The notes under the pieces: generated by a model
Told to the model about the DNA's origin: nothing
The model's database searches: none
The model's input: the letters and a program-made list of their open reading frames with translations, nothing else
NCBI RefSeq assembly: GCF_009914755.1
Contig: NC_060942.1
Length of the DNA stretch: 64,000 nt
Source: the human T2T-CHM13v2.0 reference genome, Homo sapiens
Direction: 5' to 3' (one strand)
Translations under genes and position numbers: made by a program
Part shown: piece after piece, positions 1 to 13,639 of the stretch
How positions within the stretch are numbered: the first letter of the stretch is position 1
Layout: the number at the start of each line of letters is the position of its first letter

Positions 1-1071
1 TAGGTGTGAAGTATAATCTTATTGTGGTAGTTTTGATTTGCAAACTTCCTGTGTTAATATTGAGTTGGGTTTGTTTTTGAACACATTTATTTTAGAGGAA
101 GGGGCAGCAGATGCTTCTAAACCACTGGTGGACTAGGTCAGAGGGTATTATGAACCTCATTTAAATTTATTCCCAATTAACACTCATTGTGATTCCCTAA
201 GTCAAGTAGAACTTAGAATGTCCTTAGCACAATCTTGTTTATGTTCAGGTGCATTTTTCATTCTGGATTACTGTTTCCTAATGTTAATTTAAGATTATAT
301 AGTATTGCATTTAAGCCTTGTCAAAGGAAAATGGCAAAATTTGACTCCTGGTTGTAAAAGACAATATCCTAAAGATGTTGTCAGTGATCTTTATGAGACA
401 CACATCTTTGTTAAGTAACGGTTTTGTAATAAATTCAGAAAACATGGTTAAATAAATTAAAGCAGAAATTAGCTCAGGAGTGGTGGTCAGAAATATTTTT
501 TGGATCTGAGCCAAAAAGAATATTTAAAGCCTTTGATTACTTTGAATTGCCTTTGTCAACAATTTAGTCAAATTATGAAAGGAAGACAGTAGCATTTCAA
601 TAATAGCTTTAATTTTTATCATCCAGTGTAACAAATGGAATCTGTTATGGTATCCGTTATCAATGGATTAGTTACAGTGTGAAGTCAGGAGGCAATGCAG
701 GTTTTAGTTATTAGTGAACCTAACTGAATAATTTTAGGTCTTCTGGTTTGAGTGCTATAATTACGTAAATAATCTGTGGAAGGGAGGTTTGCTGAGGTGC
801 CCAATGAATCATTTTTACTGCATCTACAGATGCAAGTCATAAAGTTTAATCCGTGTGGGTAACCTGTAATATGTGCTGCTGATGTTAGCATAGATTCAGG
901 CTGAAACAATCCTAATTGCGATTATTTACAACACATTGGAGAGAGCCTATGTGTGACATATTACTTGGTTATTTTTTTAAATGACTCGTGGGGGTGGGGG
1001 AGTGTTAATGTTAAAGGCATACTTGAATCTTGGAGATTATAATTAAGTTTTATTCCCTACTCCCAGATAAC

Positions 1072-1073
<2 letters not shown>

Positions 1074-1151
<78 letters not shown>
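1074..1151. repeat. (TA)n(CA)n compound microsatellite in a SMAD4 intron
   Basis: Directly visible. Confidence 0.97.
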
Positions 1152-1152
<1 letters not shown>

Positions 1153-1166
1153 TTGGTTAGTGATGA

Positions 1167-1592
<426 letters not shown>

Positions 1593-1805
1593 TAAAGGAA
1601 AGAATTGATAGGCCTGACTTCATTGAAATGAAACACTTCTGCTCTGTGAAAGACAGGGTCAGAGAATGAGAAGACAAGCCACAGACTGGGTGAAAATATT
1701 TGCAAAAGACACATCTAGTAAAGGACTGTTATCCAAAATTACAAAGAACTCTTAAAACTCAACAATAAAATAATGCAACAATAAAATAAACAATGGGCAG
1801 AATAG

Positions 1806-2080
1806 ACTGGGCATAGTGATTGACTCCTATAATCCCAGCACTTCGGGAGGTCAAGGTAGGAGGATTGCTTGAGCGCAGGAGTAGTTCAAGATCAGCCTGG
1901 GCAACAGCAAGACCTCATCTCTACCAAAAAAAAAAAAAAAAAAATTAGCCAGGCATGGTGGCATGTGCCTGTAGTCCTGGCTAGTTGGGAGGCTGATGTG
2001 GGAGGACCCTTGAGCCCAGGTGTTCAAGACTAGCTTGGGCAACATAGCAAGACCCCATCTTAACAACAACAACAAAAAAG
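1806..2080 (+). mobile_element. AluJ-like dimer with an atypical right arm
   Basis: Left arm, A-linker, then a second arm lacking the right-arm 31-nt insert. Confidence 0.85.
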
Positions 2081-2607
2081 GCAAAAGACATGAACAAACA
2101 CCTCACCAAAGAAGATACACATATGGCAAACAAGCATATGAAAAGGTGTTCAGCATCATAAATGTGTACAAACCCATAGAATGTACAACACCAAGAGTGA
2201 ACCCTTACGTAAACTGGGTTTTGGGTGATAATGATGTGTCAGTGTAAATTCATTGATTGTAACAATTGTGCCACTGTAGTGGGGATGTTGATAGTGGCGG
2301 AAGGTTGGGTGTGGGGACAGGGACTCTGTACTTTCTGCTTAATTGTGCTGTGAACCTAAAACTGCTCTAAAAAAGTAAAGTTTATTAATTTACTTCTTTA
2401 AAAAAGTGGTTGTAGAGCTATTTACCTTTTCAAATGTTTGAGTCCCTGCTTTGTTCTGTACTGGGTAATGCCTTCCAAATGTCATAGCCTAGAAGTTCTG
2501 AAACGAATGGACTGTGAGAAATTTGAGGAAGTAGTGGTTTCACTTCTGGGTGTTGTGGGCTTTCTGATTTCTAGAACCTGACTTTGTCATGCTTTCTTTT
2601 AAATTTA

Positions 2608-2723
2608 AATTTTTTTGTGGAGTTGGGGTCTTGGCTGGTCTTGAACTCCTGGGCTCAAGTGATCCTCCCACCTGGGCCTCCCAAAGTGCTGGGATTACAG
2701 GCATCTGCCACCATGCCCCTGTC
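2608..2723 (-). mobile_element. Alu left monomer/FLAM fragment
   Basis: ctggtcttgaactcctgggctcaagtgatcctcccacc...gggattacaggc. Confidence 0.85.
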
Positions 2724-4347
2724 ATTGCTTTCTTTACTAAAGTATTTTAGGACCTAATAGTCCAGGAAATACATATATGTATATTGGACAAATTCATGTC
2801 TGTTTAAAGAATAGGGTAGTCTGAGTGTTGTCCTTCATTGGTGCTAATTGGGAAAAGTTTTTTGAGGAAATGGACACTGAGTAGAGAAATAGGAGTAAGT
2901 AGGAGTGCAATTTGTTATTTGGAGAGTGTATGTTATTGTATGTTTTTGTGGTTCATGTAAATACCATGGTTGAAGATGATCAGAATTTTTTCAAGCATCT
3001 GAAAATTATGGTTTAAGTTCTAAAACTATTGTTTATCATCAACTAAAAAATTATGCATTCTCAGATTTCTCTTATTTTCAAGATTATTTATGCTTGCTTG
3101 TATTGGGCCCCTTATGTACGTAATGGGACTTTAAAAAATATTCATGTCCTTTTAGATAGGGAGTATAGCCACATGGTTCAGAAATTAAAGTGATTTAAAA
3201 ACAGTGGACATTGAGCAGCCTTGCTTCAGAACCTGTCCTTGTTCTCCTTTCCTGCAAATTCTTTTTGTGTAATCTTCCAATGCTTTTTAAAAATGCAAAT
3301 AAACAAATATTTTAGGAAGATTTTTTTTTCCCCAGAAAAAAAGGTGATGTGATTTATTATCTGTAATTTGTTGCATATTAAAAGAACATTCCAGTACTTT
3401 CATAAATATAAGGGTAGATATGGCAACCCCTTCCTTACTATGCCAGTTCTTCACTTGGTTGATAAAAGTAAAATTATTTATTAACGCCTTAACTCATCCT
3501 GAAAGATAAATGACTACGGGGGAGGCTAAAAACAAAATAAGTAACTGTATACTATGCCAAGTTTGCAACAACCTCATGAAAGTATGTACACTTAGCATTC
3601 CCATTTTATAGATAAAAGAAACTCAGCCCATATAATTAGCAGGTATCGGTGATGGGATTTAAAACTGGGCCTTTTTTTTCCTTAAAAATTATGAACATTT
3701 ACAAACAAAGAAATGTAGAGAGAAACTAATGAAGTCCCATATACCCATCGCACGGATTAAGTAGTTACAATTTTATATTTGTTTGATCTAGTCTTTTTGT
3801 TGTTGTTGTTTCTTAAGTATTTTAAAACAAGTCCTGGATATTATTTTGCTTCTATTTGCTTAAAGTACGCATCTCTGAAAAATGTTGATCTCTCTTATAT
3901 AGCGACAGTGCCATTTTGTTAAACTCCTCCAAATAAGCAAAAATGATAAGACAAAAAGTTGGCCAGGCGACCAAAGCTATCAACTCCAGCCTAAGGAAAA
4001 TTCAGCAATTTGATTATGAAAGGGGGAGGGGGACTTCTTAATTGTACATTTTACACAGATTTCCACAAGGACAGTAATAGCTGACCCACTTCGAACTAGA
4101 TAAAAGATACAGAGGCGTGTGGCAGCCAAAGCCATCATGATGTTGACATGATCTTCTTGGTGAGCTCCAAGCCACCTTTCCTAACTAGTTTTAGACCAAT
4201 CACAATGTACATAAAAGTTTACATGTTTTAATTAATTCTTTTCATGTGAGAGGTATAATGAAACTGAGTTTTAAATAAGTCAGGCATTGGTTTTTAATGT
4301 ATGGAATTTTTCTTTATGAACTCATAGTATGAAATGTTTTTTCTTAA

Positions 4348-4521
<174 letters not shown>

Positions 4522-5904
4522 TAATAGTTGATATTTTTATCTTGATTTACTCAGTTGATTAGTTTCTTTGAGCAGTAATAGAAATTAAAGTTTTTTTTTA
4601 CTGGGATGATGACATTTTTGAATTGGTAAAATCTGTTCTTCTGTAATAGTTGCTTTTTGCCTATGACCCTGTTTGCATTCTTTTTGTATCAAAAATGGAG
4701 TATGGGATGAAGGAGAAAGGGGATGATTATTATATTATACTGTTCTATCTCCTCCTTTTTTGTTGATGCTTATTATAATTCTGCCTCACCAGCCAGGGTG
4801 GGTTGTAATCACTGAAGTGCTTGGCTTTATTCTAGTAAGGAAAGCATATTTCAATTTCAGAATTGGACACTTTTCCAATTTTTTTTTTAAAGTATGCTAA
4901 ACATGGAGAGAAAACTAAGTGAGGGTGGTATTTTGATAACTTGTAGACTTTTTTTTAATTTTAGGGTAAAATTGAACTGTGTGCCAGGTTTCACACTGAT
5001 GGGGAATTTTTTACTGCAGAGTTAAACTCCTGACTATAGACTTTTATGATGGAAACACGTGGCACCCATCTTCCACGTCTGAAGGCATAACTAGTGATTC
5101 ATTCAACCCCTGTTCTTAACCTCTTCAGTGTGGTAAGCAAATCACACTGGCTAAGAAAACTGCAGTGGCCCTGCAGGTTTCTCTACAGTACATGCAAATT
5201 CCTCCCATTAGTTTCATTGTAATATTGATGAATGCAGATGGACTATATGACTGTATGTTCTGACTGGAAAATTAGATGCAGTCTCCATTGTGACTTATGT
5301 TCAGGAGTTTACAATTTAGAGGTAGATTAGGCATATTCATTGAGAGAATTTGATTTTTTAAAATTTGGGGTGATACCATTAATTTGCTGGTTTCAGTGTT
5401 ATAAACATGCTTTTACTGAAGAATCCAGAACTATTATTAAGTTTCATATTCTCATCAGTTGCCACCACTGAGTAATAGTGTATTACTCTGTTACACTTTG
5501 AAATTGAGAGAGAGACTTCATCTCGGTCATCTAAGAGGTCTTAGTGGAACTAAGAATATTAACTGCTTCATTATTAGTTATGTCTTATTCTGAACTAGGC
5601 TGTTTAGACAGTAAGGTTTTTAGAAGCAACCTGTGGACACGCACTACCTCTTAAAAACAAGTTGTTTCTTATCCCTTCACCTCCACTTCTAAAGAAAAAA
5701 ATAGGTGAGGTGTTGGTGGATTGTGGTAATTTACTTTATAATTGGTTGTAGCTAGAAGACACATGTGAAATGTAAAGTTCCTTAACCAAAAGTGTGCAGC
5801 TTGTTGATAAAGTTTAGATCTACTGTTACTTCTTGGCACTTTAGCAGAGAAGTTATATGCTGAGGAGAATGAAATACAGAAAGCTGGTCACTTGATTAAT
5901 TTAG

Positions 5905-6180
<276 letters not shown>

Positions 6181-8246
6181 GGTCTTTTACCGTTGGGGCC
6201 CTTAACCTTATCAGGATGGTGGACTACAAAATACAATCCTGTTTATAATCTGAAGATATATTTCACTTTTGTTCTGCTTTATCTTTTCATAAAGGGTTGA
6301 AAATGTGTTTGCTGCCTTGCTCCTAGCAGACAGAAACTGGATTAAAACAATTTTTTTTTTCCTCTTCAGAACTTGTCAGGCATGGCTCAGAGCTTGAAGA
6401 TTAGGAGAAACACATTCTTATTAATTCTTCACCTGTTATGTATGAAGGAATCATTCCAGTGCTAGAAAATTTAGCCCTTTAAAACGTCTTAGAGCCTTTT
6501 ATCTGCAGAACATCGATATGTATATCATTCTACAGAATAATCCAGTATTGCTGATTTTAAAGGCAGAGAAGTTCTCAAAGTTAATTCACCTATGTTATTT
6601 TGTGTACAAGTTGTTATTGTTGAACATACTTCAAAAATAATGTGCCATGTGGGTGAGTTAATTTTACCAAGAGTAACTTTACTCTGTGTTTAAAAAGTAA
6701 GTTAATAATGTATTGTAATCTTTCATCCAAAATATTTTTTGCAAGTTATATTAGTGAAGATGGTTTCAATTCAGATTGTCTTGCAACTTCAGTTTTATTT
6801 TTGCCAAGGCAAAAAACTCTTAATCTGTGTGTATATTGAGAATCCCTTAAAATTACCAGACAAAAAAATTTAAAATTACGTTTGTTATTCCTAGTGGATG
6901 ACTGTTGATGAAGTATACTTTTCCCCTGTTAAACAGTAGTTGTATTCTTCTGTATTTCTAGGCACAAGGTTGGTTGCTAAGAAGCCTATAAGAGGAATTT
7001 CTTTTCCTTCATTCATAGGGAAAGGTTTTGTATTTTTTAAAACACTAAAAGCAGCGTCACTCTACCTAATGTCTCACTGTTCTGCAAAGGTGGCAATGCT
7101 TAAACTAAATAATGAATAAACTGAATATTTTGGAAACTGCTAAATTCTATGTTAAATACTGTGCAGAATAATGGAAACATTACAGTTCATAATAGGTAGT
7201 TTGGATATTTTTGTACTTGATTTGATGTGACTTTTTTTGGTATAATGTTTAAATCATGTATGTTATGATATTGTTTAAAATTCAGTTTTTGTATCTTGGG
7301 GCAAGACTGCAAACTTTTTTATATCTTTTGGTTATTCTAAGCCCTTTGCCATCAATGATCATATCAATTGGCAGTGACTTTGTATAGAGAATTTAAGTAG
7401 AAAAGTTGCAGATGTATTGACTGTACCACAGACACAATATGTATGCTTTTTACCTAGCTGGTAGCATAAATAAAACTGAATCTCAACATACAAAGTTGAA
7501 TTCTAGGTTTGATTTTTAAGATTTTTTTTTTCTTTTGCACTTTTGAGTCCAATCTCAGTGATGAGGTACCTTCTACTAAATGACAGGCAACAGCCAGTTC
7601 TATTGGGCAGCTTTGTTTTTTTCCCTCACACTCTACCGGGACTTCCCCATGGACATTGTGTATCATGTGTAGAGTTGGTTTTTTTTTTTTTTAATTTTTA
7701 TTTTACTATAGCAGAAATAGACCTGATTATCTACAAGATGATAAATAGATTGTCTACAGGATAAATAGTATGAAATAAAATCAAGGATTATCTTTCAGAT
7801 GTGTTTACTTTTGCCTGGAGAACTTTTAGCTATAGAAACACTTGTGTGATGATAGTCCTCCTTATATCACCTGGAATGAACACAGCTTCTACTGCCTTGC
7901 TCAGAAGGTCTTTTAAATAGACCATCCTAGAAACCACTGAGTTTGCTTATTTCTGTGATTTAAACATAGATCTTGATCCAAGCTACATGACTTTTGTCTT
8001 TAAATAACTTATCTACCACCTCATTTGTACTCTTGATTACTTACAAATTCTTTCAGTAAACACCTAATTTTCTTCTGTAAAAGTTTGGTGATTTAAGTTT
8101 TATTGGCAGTTTTATAAAAAGACATCTTCTCTAGAAATTGCTAACTTTAGGTCCATTTTACTGTGAATGAGGAATAGGAGTGAGTTTTAGAATAACAGAT
8201 TTTTAAAAATCCAGATGATTTGATTAAAACCTTAATCATACATTGA

Positions 8247-8553
<307 letters not shown>

Positions 8554-11319
8554 TCATTGTTCCCTTTTCTACTTTAAGGAAAGTTTTCATGTTTAATCAT
8601 CTGGGGAAAGTATGTGAAAAATATTTGTTAAGAAGTATCTCTTTGGAGCCAAGCCACCTGTCTTGGTTTCTTTCTACTAAGAGCCATAAAGTATAGAAAT
8701 ACTTCTAGTTGTTAAGTGCTTATATTTGTACCTAGATTTAGTCACACGCTTTTGAGAAAACATCTAGTATGTTATGATCAGCTATTCCTGAGAGCTTGGT
8801 TGTTAATCTATATTTCTATTTCTTAGTGGTAGTCATCTTTGATGAATAAGACTAAAGATTCTCACAGGTTTAAAATTTTATGTCTACTTTAAGGGTAAAA
8901 TTATGAGGTTATGGTTCTGGGTGGGTTTTCTCTAGCTAATTCATATCTCAAAGAGTCTCAAAATGTTGAATTTCAGTGCAAGCTGAATGAGAGATGAGCC
9001 ATGTACACCCACCGTAAGACCTCATTCCATGTTTGTCCAGTGCCTTTCAGTGCATTATCAAAGGGAATCCTTCATGGTGTTGCCTTTATTTTCCGGGGAG
9101 TAGATCGTGGGATATAGTCTATCTCATTTTTAATAGTTTACCGCCCCTGGTATACAAAGATAATGACAATAAATCACTGCCATATAACCTTGCTTTTTCC
9201 AGAAACATGGCTGTTTTGTATTGCTGTAACCACTAAATAGGTTGCCTATACCATTCCTCCTGTGAACAGTGCAGATTTACAGGTTGCATGGTCTGGCTTA
9301 AGGAGAGCCATACTTGAGACATGTGAGTAAACTGAACTCATATTAGCTGTGCTGCATTTCAGACTTAAAATCCATTTTTGTGGGGCAGGGTGTGGTGTGT
9401 AAAGGGGGGTGTTTGTAATACAAGTTGAAGGCAAAATAAAATGTCCTGTCTCCCAGATGATATACATCTTATTATTTTTAAAGTTTATTGCTAATTGTAG
9501 GAAGGTGAGTTGCAGGTATCTTTGACTATGGTCATCTGGGGAAGGAAAATTTTACATTTTACTATTAATGCTCCTTAAGTGTCTATGGAGGTTAAAGAAT
9601 AAAATGGTAAATGTTTCTGTGCCTGGTTTGATGGTAACTGGTTAATAGTTACTCACCATTTTATGCAGAGTCACATTAGTTCACACCCTTTCTGAGAGCC
9701 TTTTGGGAGAAGCAGTTTTATTCTCTGAGTGGAACAGAGTTCTTTTTGTTGATAATTTCTAGTTTGCTCCCTTCGTTATTGCCAACTTTACTGGCATTTT
9801 ATTTAATGATAGCAGATTGGGAAAATGGCAAATTTAGGTTACGGAGGTAAATGAGTATATGAAAGCAATTACCTCTAAAGCCAGTTAACAATTATTTTGT
9901 AGGTGGGGTACACTCAGCTTAAAGTAATGCATTTTTTTTTCCCGTAAAGGCAGAATCCATCTTGTTGCAGATAGCTATCTAAATAATCTCATATCCTCTT
10001 TTGCAAAGACTACAGAGAATAGGCTATGACAATCTTGTTCAAGCCTTTCCATTTTTTTCCCTGATAACTAAGTAATTTCTTTGAACATACCAAGAAGTAT
10101 GTAAAAAGTCCATGGCCTTATTCATCCACAAAGTGGCATCCTAGGCCCAGCCTTATCCCTAGCAGTTGTCCCAGTGCTGCTAGGTTGCTTATCTTGTTTA
10201 TCTGGAATCACTGTGGAGTGAAATTTTCCACATCATCCAGAATTGCCTTATTTAAGAAGTAAAACGTTTTAATTTTTAGCCTTTTTTTGGTGGAGTTATT
10301 TAATATGTATATCAGAGGATATACTAGATGGTAACATTTCTTTCTGTGCTTGGCTATCTTTGTGGACTTCAGGGGCTTCTAAAACAGACAGGACTGTGTT
10401 GCCTTTACTAAATGGTCTGAGACAGCTATGGTTTTGAATTTTTAGTTTTTTTTTTTTAACCCACTTCCCCTCCTGGTCTCTTCCCTCTCTGATAATTACC
10501 ATTCATATGTGAGTGTTAGTGTGCCTCCTTTTAGCATTTTCTTCTTCTCTTTCTGATTCTTCATTTCTGACTGCCTAGGCAAGGAAACCAGATAACCAAA
10601 CTTACTAGAACGTTCTTTAAAACACAAGTACAAACTCTGGGACAGGACCCAAGACACTTTCCTGTGAAGTGCTGAAAAAGACCTCATTGTATTGGCATTT
10701 GATATCAGTTTGATGTAGCTTAGAGTGCTTCCTGATTCTTGCTGAGTTTCAGGTAGTTGAGATAGAGAGAAGTGAGTCATATTCATATTTTCCCCCTTAG
10801 AATAATATTTTGAAAGGTTTCATTGCTTCCACTTGAATGCTGCTCTTACAAAAACTGGGGTTACAAGGGTTACTAAATTAGCATCAGTAGCCAGAGGCAA
10901 TACCGTTGTCTGGAGGACACCAGCAAACAACACACAACAAAGCAAAACAAACCTTGGGAAACTAAGGCCATTTGTTTTGTTTTGGTGTCCCCTTTGAAGC
11001 CCTGCCTTCTGGCCTTACTCCTGTACAGATATTTTTGACCTATAGGTGCCTTTATGAGAATTGAGGGTCTGACATCCTGCCCCAAGGAGTAGCTAAAGTA
11101 ATTGCTAGTGTTTTCAGGGATTTTAACATCAGACTGGAATGAATGAATGAAACTTTTTGTCCTTTTTTTTTCTGTTTTTTTTTTTCTAATGTAGTAAGGA
11201 CTAAGGAAAACCTTTGGTGAAGACAATCATTTCTCTCTGTTGATGTGGATACTTTTCACACCGTTTATTTAAATGCTTTCTCAATAGGTCCAGAGCCAGT
11301 GTTCTTGTTCAACCTGAAA

Positions 11320-11485
11320 GTAATGGCTCTGGGTTGGGCCAGACAGTTGCACTCTCTAGTTTGCCCTCTGCCACAAATTTGATGTGTGACCTTTGGGCAA
11401 GTCATTTATCTTCTCTGGGCCTTAGTTGCCTCATCTGTAAAATGAGGGAGTTGGAGTAGATTAATTATTCCAGCTCTGAAATTCT
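11320..11485 (+). mobile_element. MIR in the SMAD4 3'UTR
   Basis: MIR core tgtgtgacctttgggcaagtcattta...cctcatctgtaaaatgaggg. Confidence 0.8.
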
Positions 11486-11703
11486 AAGTGACCTTGGCTA
11501 CCTTGCAGCAGTTTTGGATTTCTTCCTTATCTTTGTTCTGCTGTTTGAGGGGGCTTTTTACTTATTTCCATGTTATTCAAAGGAGACTAGGCTTGATATT
11601 TTATTACTGTTCTTTTATGGACAAAAGGTTACATAGTATGCCCTTAAGACTTAATTTTAACCAAAGGCCTAGCACCACCTTAGGGGCTGCAATAAACACT
11701 TAA

Positions 11704-11717
11704 CGCGCGTGCGCACG

Positions 11718-11764
<47 letters not shown>

Positions 11765-11900
11765 CAGAGTTTAAGGCTTTCGAGTCATGACATTCTAGCT
11801 TTTGAATTGCGTGCACACACACACGCACGCACACACTCTGGTCAGAGTTTATTAAGGCTTTCGAGTCATGACATTATAGCTTTTGAGTTGGTGTGTGTGA
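11704..11900. repeat. (CG)n(CA)n microsatellite plus two ~50 bp direct repeats
   Basis: Copies at 11762-11809 and 11840-11890, each preceded by a CA tract. Confidence 0.92.
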
Positions 11901-12736
11901 CACCACCCTCCTAAGTGGTGTGTGCTTGTAATTTTTTTTTTCAGTGAAAATGGATTGAAAACCTGTTGTTAATGCTTAGTGATATTATGCTCAAAACAAG
12001 GAAATTCCCTTGAACCGTGTCAATTAAACTGGTTTATATGACTCAAGAAAACAATACCAGTAGATGATTATTAACTTTATTCTTGGCTCTTTTTAGGTCC
12101 ATTTTGATTAAGTGACTTTTGGCTGGATCATTCAGAGCTCTCTTCTAGCCTACCCTTGGATGAGTACAATTAATGAAATTCATATTTTCAAGGACCTGGG
12201 AGCCTTCCTTGGGGCTGGGTTGAGGGTGGGGGGTTGGGGAGTCCTGGTAGAGGCCAGCTTTGTGGTAGCTGGAGAGGAAGGGATGAAACCAGCTGCTGTT
12301 GCAAAGGCTGCTTGTCATTGATAGAAGGACTCACGGGCTTGGATTGATTAAGACTAAACATGGAGTTGGCAAACTTTCTTCAAGTATTGAGTTCTGTTCA
12401 ATGCATTGGACATGTGATTTAAGGGAAAAGTGTGAATGCTTATAGATGATGAAAACCTGGTGGGCTGCAGAGCCCAGTTTAGAAGAAGTGAGTTGGGGGT
12501 TGGGGACAGATTTGGTGGTGGTATTTCCCAACTGTTTCCTCCCCTAAATTCAGAGGAATGCAGCTATGCCAGAAGCCAGAGAAGAGCCACTCGTAGCTTC
12601 TGCTTTGGGGACAACTGGTCAGTTGAAAGTCCCAGGAGTTCCTTTGTGGCTTTCTGTATACTTTTGCCTGGTTAAAGTCTGTGGCTAAAAAATAGTCGAA
12701 CCTTTCTTGAGAACTCTGTAACAAAGTATGTTTTTG

Positions 12737-12742
12737 ATTAAA
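12737..12742 (+). terminator. Distal SMAD4 polyadenylation signal ATTAAA
   Basis: gATTAAAagagaaagccaactaaa followed by tgtgctcattcttttt. Confidence 0.75.
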
Positions 12743-13639
12743 AGAGAAAGCCAACTAAATCATTATGTGCTCATTCTTTTTCTTAAGCTTGTGGATGTCT
12801 TGGATCTGGAAAGGGTTTCTGATCACTTAGAGAATTTTCAAACTTTAGGTCAACATTTTCCTTTATTGCCTTGTGGCCACTGAAATGGGAAATGTGACAT
12901 TTAAAATATGACCCTGGAATAACAGTCCCCATTCTTCTCTCATTTTTAAAAGGAGAAGGTGAAGTGATGGTGATCAGAGAGATGGGTGCTAGGGAATTAT
13001 AAGAACCAGGATGCTTAAAGGAGAGGTAAAATTGGAAATTGGAGACCCTTTCATTGCCCAGCTAAGGGATAAGGAAAGCTGTTTCTCTCCCATCTGCCTT
13101 CTCTGTGAAATAGGGGTCAATGGGAGGGGAGTGGTGGTCAGGTAAGTAGATTCCGTGGCAATGGCTTGTATATAACAAGACCACATCAGCATTTTATTTC
13201 TAAGCTTGCTGACATGAGTTTCAGAGAGTTTATCGGGCTGAGAGATTTCTTCTCACCTGTTTGCTAACCTGAAATTTATAGTATTTTAGGCTAGAACTTG
13301 AAGAGGATAGTAGGTTAGCATTCAGTTGAGAAAAAGGAAAAACATTGTGGAGCACTTCAGGTGAAAGGGCAGTTGTGTGTCTCTCTGCCTTCTGCTCTTG
13401 ACCCTTAATTCTTTGTGCTTAATTCCATCTCCTCCCACGTCACAACTCTCTCACAAATGGCAGTCTCAAAGCTTAGGGAATCTCCATCACTTCTTCAAAC
13501 CTTTCCCACCCCTGTTGTCTTACTGATAAATTGTAATGCCCTTTCTCCTCAGCCCTTTGTATTCTAAAAGAATAATTCCATTAGTTCTGGCCTACTTTTG
13601 GAGTGGCATCCACATCTATATTTTGATAGTTTTGTTAGG

